A stretch of 32,000 nucleotides of DNA from Desulfocapsa sulfexigens DSM 10523 (GTDB lineage: Bacteria; Desulfobacterota; Desulfobulbia; Desulfobulbales; Desulfocapsaceae): NCBI RefSeq assembly GCF_000341395.1, contig NC_020304.1, positions 3,390,001 through 3,422,000 on the forward strand. The letters run 5' to 3'. This document shows positions 27,609 to 32,000 of the stretch, piece after piece (position 1 is the first letter of the stretch; the number at the start of each line of letters is the position of its first letter). The notes beneath the pieces were generated by a model. The model was not told the DNA's origin, made no database searches, and worked only from the letters and a program-made list of their open reading frames with translations. The translations under genes and the position numbers were made by a program.

Positions 27609-28613
27609 ATGAGTTTCGAAACCCTCACAGGGCTTAACAAGGCTGCTGTTCTGTTAATGTGTCTTGGTGAAGAAGCCTCTGCAAAAATTTTTGAAGAGCT
27701 GAGTGACGAGGAGATTGGTCTTGTAACAAGAACCATAGCGACCATCGATCATATCCCGGAAGACGTCAAAGATAAAGTGTTTGCAAGTTTCACGGAAGCT
27801 GAACGAATATTTGCTGGACTGTTCGTTAAAGGAAATGAGTTTGCCAAAAAAGCTATTTCAGGACTCGAAAGAGGGACTCGAACCGATATGCTCCTGGAAC
27901 AGTTTATTTCCGGCACTGAAACACGCCCCCTCGAAACAATTTCTCGAATGCAGCCAACCATGGTTGCAGGTTTACTTGAAAAAGAGCATCCCCAAACTAT
28001 TTCACTGGTTCTCTCAACACAACACGTCGTTCACGCCAGTGAAATACTTTCTCACCTACCAGAAGAAATGCGGGCTGACGTTGTGTATCGTATTGCAATG
28101 ATAGGAAAAGTATCACCAGAAGTACTAACCAAAATAGAAGATGCTCTGCACCGTGAAATCGGCCAGGTGGGAACCAAACAGCAGAGTCAGGTTGGTGGTA
28201 TAGATAAGGTTGTTGATATCTTAAACAACCTCAAAGACAGTATGGATGCCGACATACTTGATGACATTGAAGAGAATGACCCGGATATGGTGGAAGAGAT
28301 CAGAAAACGCATGTTCACCTTCGAAAACCTTACCGCTCTCGATGGCCGTTCATTGCAGATGATTCTCCGCGAAGTCAACAACGACTCTCTTACCATGGCC
28401 CTGAAAACTGCCTCCGACGAAATGCAGGAGAAGGTTTTTGCCAACATGTCAGCCCGTGCTGCTGACATGATTCGTGATGACCTTGAGGCGATGGGACCTG
28501 TTCGTCTCTCTGAGGTTGAAGCCATGCAACAGTCCATTGTAAAAATTGCAATGAAACTCGAAGAAGAAGGAAAGCTTGTCCTCGGATCAGGAGGCGGTGA
28601 TGAGCTTGTCTAG
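27609..28613 (+). CDS. fliG: Flagellar motor switch protein FliG
   Basis: LTGLNKAAVLLMCLGEEASAKIFEELSDEEI; LEKEHPQTISLVLSTQH; MFTFENLTALDGRSLQMILREVNNDSLTMALKTAS. Confidence 0.97.
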   Translation: MSFETLTGLNKAAVLLMCLGEEASAKIFEELSDEEIGLVTRTIATIDHIPEDVKDKVFASFTEAERIFAGLFVKGNEFAKKAISGLERGTRTDMLLEQFISGTETRPLETISRMQPTMVAGLLEKEHPQTISLVLSTQHVVHASEILSHLPEEMRADVVYRIAMIGKVSPEVLTKIEDALHREIGQVGTKQQSQVGGIDKVVDILNNLKDSMDADILDDIEENDPDMVEEIRKRMFTFENLTALDGRSLQMILREVNNDSLTMALKTASDEMQEKVFANMSARAADMIRDDLEAMGPVRLSEVEAMQQSIVKIAMKLEEEGKLVLGSGGGDELV

Positions 28614-29469
28614 GTTTTATAAAACCAATGACTCCTTTCAGGCAACCAACATCTTTGATGGGTATGCAGGGAAGAGTACCGTACCGATATGGGAGTCTAT
28701 TGTAAAAAAAGAAACAGTTTCTGCAGATGATTCAGACCATACAGACAATGACATTTCAGATAGTGAAAAACTTGCTGAATCTGCTCCCAATGACACCCCC
28801 AATACGATCCATGCTGACGACAGTGAGACTCCGGTTACCGCAGATGATTCACCTTCGGTCCCTCCCCCGATCAGCGAACCGGTGCCTCCCAGCCCTTCCC
28901 CTGAACCAGCGGTTGATGTTGAAGAAATCCGCAAGAAAGCCTTTGCTGCTGGCCTTGAATCAGGCAGGAAACAGGCAGAGGAGGATTTTGAAAACAGTGC
29001 CAGGACACTTCTCTGTATCTGCAATGAACTTGATCGATTACGGGAAACAATCCTCAAAAACAGCTCAGGAGAGATGAAGAAACTGGTAATGGCCATCAGT
29101 GAAAAAATTATTCGCCACTCCGTTGCAGAACAAGAAGAAACCATCATTGCCACCATTAAAGATGCTATCAATCTTGCCGTAACATCGGATGCCTTCCAGG
29201 TTCAAATCAACCCTCAGGATCTTGCAGTAGTTGAGGCTCGAAAAAAGGAGATTATAGACTCGATAAGTGGGCTTGATAATATTGTGTTAAAAGCAGATGC
29301 AACTATTGAACGGGGCGGGTGTAAACTCGAATCAGACTGCTGTACCGTTGATGCCACGATGACCAGTCAGATCAAGGTAGTACACGACTCGGTAATGGCC
29401 GATACCAGTCTTACTGAACCTGCACTTTCTGATCAGCAGAATTCAAGCTCCTCTGGAAACACTGGTTAA
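28600..29469 (+). CDS. fliH: Flagellar assembly protein FliH
   Basis: C-terminal FliH/V-ATPase E-like domain (RKKAFAAGLESGRKQAEEDFENSARTL...AISEKIIRHSVAEQEETIIATIKDAI). Start moved from TTG 28576 to ATG 28600, which follows GGAGG; overlaps the fliG end. Confidence 0.87.
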   Translation: MSLSRFYKTNDSFQATNIFDGYAGKSTVPIWESIVKKETVSADDSDHTDNDISDSEKLAESAPNDTPNTIHADDSETPVTADDSPSVPPPISEPVPPSPSPEPAVDVEEIRKKAFAAGLESGRKQAEEDFENSARTLLCICNELDRLRETILKNSSGEMKKLVMAISEKIIRHSVAEQEETIIATIKDAINLAVTSDAFQVQINPQDLAVVEARKKEIIDSISGLDNIVLKADATIERGGCKLESDCCTVDATMTSQIKVVHDSVMADTSLTEPALSDQQNSSSSGNTG

Positions 29470-29477
29470 GGCCACGT

Positions 29478-30845
29478 ATGACACTTTTTTCAGGCTCCAT
29501 TAATGACATTCATCCCATTCGGATATGGGGGAAAGTCACCCGCATAGTAGGTCTTATAATTGAGGGACATTGCCCCCACGCCTCTATCGGTTCACTGTGT
29601 GAGCTCACCCCCCTAAACAATGGTGCCCCTATTCTTGCCGAGATCGTCGGTTTTAAAGACTCAAGGGCGCTCCTTATGCCATTAGGAGAACTCCGAGGCC
29701 TTGGTCCCGGGAGTAAAATACGGGTAATAAAGGAAAGTGCCACCATCAAAGTGGGTCAGAATCTCCTCGGTCGAGTCATTGACGCAATGGAGCAACCCAT
29801 TGATGGACAGCCGGCACCACTGCTCGAAGAAGAAAAACTTATTTATTCCCTGCCTCCAGGCCCCATGGAAAGAAAGAACATCAGTGAACCGCTGGATCTT
29901 GGCATCCGTGCTATCAATGGCCTTATCACCTGTGGTATGGGGCAGCGCATGGGAATTATGGCAGGATCGGGTGTGGGAAAAAGTGTACTCCTCGGTATGA
30001 TGGCAAGATATGCCCGTGCCGATATCAATGTTATAGCACTCATTGGGGAAAGGGGCAGAGAGGTACGTGAATTTATCGAAAGAGACCTTGGTAAAGAAGG
30101 TTTAGCGCGTTCCGTCATAGTTGTAGTAACTTCAGACCAGTCTCCCTTGCTTCGAATGCGAGGGGCCTTTGTAGCCACCTCCATCGCAGAATATTTCTGC
30201 AACAAAGGAAAAAACGTCCTTCTGATGATGGATTCGGTAACCCGTTTTGCCATGGCAATGCGTGAAATCGGCCTCGCTGTTGGAGAACCGCCTACCACCA
30301 AAGGCTACACCCCCTCAGTATTTGCGACCCTTCCAAAGCTTCTTGAACGAGCAGGACGCTTTACCGGAAAAGGATCGATCACCGGTCTCTATACAGTTCT
30401 TGTTGATGGTGACGATATGACCGAACCTGTAGCCGATTCAGTACGCTCTATTCTCGATGGCCACATCGTTCTTTCACGATCCCTTGCTGCCAAAAATCAT
30501 TACCCGGCCATTGATATCATGAACTCGGCCAGTAGAATCATGCGTGAAATCACCCATTCCCGTCATATAGAACTTGCTGGACGTGCCAGAAATGTACTGG
30601 CTACCTACAATGAAGCAGAAGACCTTATCAACATAGGTGCCTACGCCAAAGGTTCCAACCCGAAAATCGATTTTGCTGTAAGTAAGATAAACGCAATCAA
30701 TACCTTTCTCCGTCAGGGCTACGACGAGACAACCCCCCTAAAAGAGACCATTGAATCCTTGGGTCTGCTCCTGAGCGAGAGGAAAGGTGACACAGACGAA
30801 CGCCTGGACAGAAGAGAAAGTGATAAACAGAACACTTCACGATAA
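29478..30845 (+). CDS. fliI: Flagellum-specific ATPase FliI
   Basis: GLGPGSKIRV, Walker A GIMAGSGVGKSVLLGMMAR, RGREVREFIE, TSDQSPLLRMRGAFVATSIAEYF, LLMMDSVTRFAMAMREIGLA. Confidence 0.97.
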   Translation: MTLFSGSINDIHPIRIWGKVTRIVGLIIEGHCPHASIGSLCELTPLNNGAPILAEIVGFKDSRALLMPLGELRGLGPGSKIRVIKESATIKVGQNLLGRVIDAMEQPIDGQPAPLLEEEKLIYSLPPGPMERKNISEPLDLGIRAINGLITCGMGQRMGIMAGSGVGKSVLLGMMARYARADINVIALIGERGREVREFIERDLGKEGLARSVIVVVTSDQSPLLRMRGAFVATSIAEYFCNKGKNVLLMMDSVTRFAMAMREIGLAVGEPPTTKGYTPSVFATLPKLLERAGRFTGKGSITGLYTVLVDGDDMTEPVADSVRSILDGHIVLSRSLAAKNHYPAIDIMNSASRIMREITHSRHIELAGRARNVLATYNEAEDLINIGAYAKGSNPKIDFAVSKINAINTFLRQGYDETTPLKETIESLGLLLSERKGDTDERLDRRESDKQNTSR

Positions 30846-30863
30846 ACACCTAATCAAGTAGCC

Positions 30864-31310
30864 ATGCCTCCTAAACCTTTTACTCTTGACTCTGTTTTAA
30901 AATATAGAAAACGACAGGAGAGCATGGCACAGGAAAAATTTATCCAGGCAAAAGCTGATGCAGAAATGGCATTTCAGGCACTTGAAGAGGCAAAGAATGT
31001 ACTCGGCAACCTGATAAACACCCTCGAAGAAAAACAAATAAGTGGTATCCTGGCCATGGAGCTTGCCAGATTTGAAGAACGCATACAGTATGCTCGAGAT
31101 CAGATAGACGTGCTCAAAGTCAGCTATCAAAAAAAAAAGAAAATCGTAAAAGACAAAAGACTTTTATTGCTTGAGAAATCCCGAAATTACAAAGTGCTGG
31201 ACACGTTAAAAGAACAACAAAACAGAACATGGAAAAACTATCTAGACAAGAAAGAGGCAGCCATGCTCGATGAAATTGCTATCCTTCGCCATGATCGAAA
31301 AACAAGCTAA
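30864..31310 (+). CDS. fliJ: Flagellar export protein FliJ
   Basis: 148-aa coiled-coil protein immediately after fliI (FTLDSVLKYRKRQESMAQEKFIQAKADAEMAFQALEEAKNVLGNLINTLEE). Confidence 0.85.
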   Translation: MPPKPFTLDSVLKYRKRQESMAQEKFIQAKADAEMAFQALEEAKNVLGNLINTLEEKQISGILAMELARFEERIQYARDQIDVLKVSYQKKKKIVKDKRLLLLEKSRNYKVLDTLKEQQNRTWKNYLDKKEAAMLDEIAILRHDRKTS

Positions 31311-31356
31311 ATCTTTTTTACCTCCACATCCTCCCTTTCTTCTACAAAGGATAACA

Positions 31357-31941
31357 ATGTTCACAAAAACTAACACATACCTCCTTGTCAGCCTTCTTCT
31401 CTCCCTCTCCGCTTCCTCATCCGTTTGCCTTGCAGCAGATCCAGAGCCTCCCCCTGCAGTAACTACCAAAGACGTCGATAAAGCAATGCCGGTAACAGAG
31501 AAAATAAAGACAGACTTTCAATCGGTTGAAGAAAGAAGGTTATATGCCATACTTCAAAATGAACGGGATAATCTCGAAGAAGAGAAAAAAGTTCTGGTAT
31601 TTAAGGAGAAGGAACTAAAGACTCTTCAAATAGAGGCCGATAAGAAGCTTAAGCTCCTTGATGAAAAGCTTGCCGAACTCAGAGCACTACAAGGCAAGAT
31701 AGAAGAATTACTAAAAGAAAAAGACATCCAGGAACAACAGAAAACCAAGGATCTCAGTCTGATATACGCAAAAATGACCCCTGATCGTGCTGCACTTGCC
31801 ATGGCCACACTAGATGAACAGCTTGCAGCAGACCTCCTTGCTAACATGAAGGTTAAATCAGCGGCAAAAATACTTGATCGAATGGATAAGGCAAAAGCCT
31901 CACAACTCAGTGAAACGTTTACGACCATTAAGGTGGAGTGA
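31357..31941 (+). CDS. MotE-like periplasmic coiled-coil / MgtE-N-like domain protein
   Basis: Signal peptide MFTKTNTYLLVSLLLSLSASSSVCLA; coiled coil; C-terminal LSLIYAKMTPDRAALAMATLDEQLAADLLANMKVKSAAKILDRMDKAKASQLSE. Start placed at 31357, after AAAGGA, rather than 31270. Confidence 0.78.
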   Translation: MFTKTNTYLLVSLLLSLSASSSVCLAADPEPPPAVTTKDVDKAMPVTEKIKTDFQSVEERRLYAILQNERDNLEEEKKVLVFKEKELKTLQIEADKKLKLLDEKLAELRALQGKIEELLKEKDIQEQQKTKDLSLIYAKMTPDRAALAMATLDEQLAADLLANMKVKSAAKILDRMDKAKASQLSETFTTIKVE

Positions 31942-31947
31942 AAAAGA

Positions 31948-32000
31948 ATGGAAACAGCCCTTCTTACCCCTAGTACTGCAACGCCAAACCCTGCCTCGCG
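31948..32000 (+). CDS. Start of a CDS truncated by the window edge (METALLTPSTATPNPAS...), possibly FliK by synteny
   Basis: ATG with upstream GGAG; only 17 codons visible. The product is a guess from gene order. Confidence 0.4.
   Translation, partial: METALLTPSTATPNPAS

Noticed and set aside
31270-31356. Extended N-terminus of the MotE-like ORF
   Set aside because: The first 29 residues overlap fliJ and precede a clear signal peptide; the Met at 31357 with AAAGGA upstream is a better start.
1-32000. CRISPR array, prophage, integrase, restriction or other defence island
   Set aside because: No spaced repeat array, no phage structural or integrase motifs and no nuclease/methylase cluster; the thermonuclease is a solitary secreted-type SNase and not evidence of defence.

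Overview
The window looks like chromosomal DNA from a flagellated anaerobic deltaproteobacterium, probably Desulfobulbales/Desulfobacterota-like (inferred from gene content only). From left to right it contains: the 3' part of carB followed by carA (carB->carA order, ATGA overlap); a VanZ-like membrane protein and a secreted ComEC-like metallo-beta-lactamase-fold protein; a perfect 21-bp inverted repeat in a convergent intergenic region; a Tim44-like protein on the minus strand; a ~700-bp region without obvious CDS holding a structured ncRNA candidate and a strong intrinsic terminator; purE; single-chain pyruvate:ferredoxin oxidoreductase; iorA-iorB; a divergent biotin-carboxylase-like protein with no BCCP; a thermonuclease; a cNMP-binding protein; and a sigma-54 activator with a degenerate receiver. 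Next is a minus-strand block of cheY, two CheX-like proteins and a large protein with two CheX-like domains and a degenerate receiver. The last part is a flagellar operon with a candidate sigma-54 promoter, led by a large secreted repeat protein and followed by flgB-flgC-fliE-fliF-fliG-fliH-fliI-fliJ-motE-like and the start of another CDS. No mobile element, tRNA, rRNA or CRISPR was recognised. The strongest candidates for something under-described are the multi-CheX/degenerate-REC cluster, the ncRNA candidate upstream of purE, the PflA-like operon leader, and the orphan biotin-carboxylase-like protein next to iorAB.
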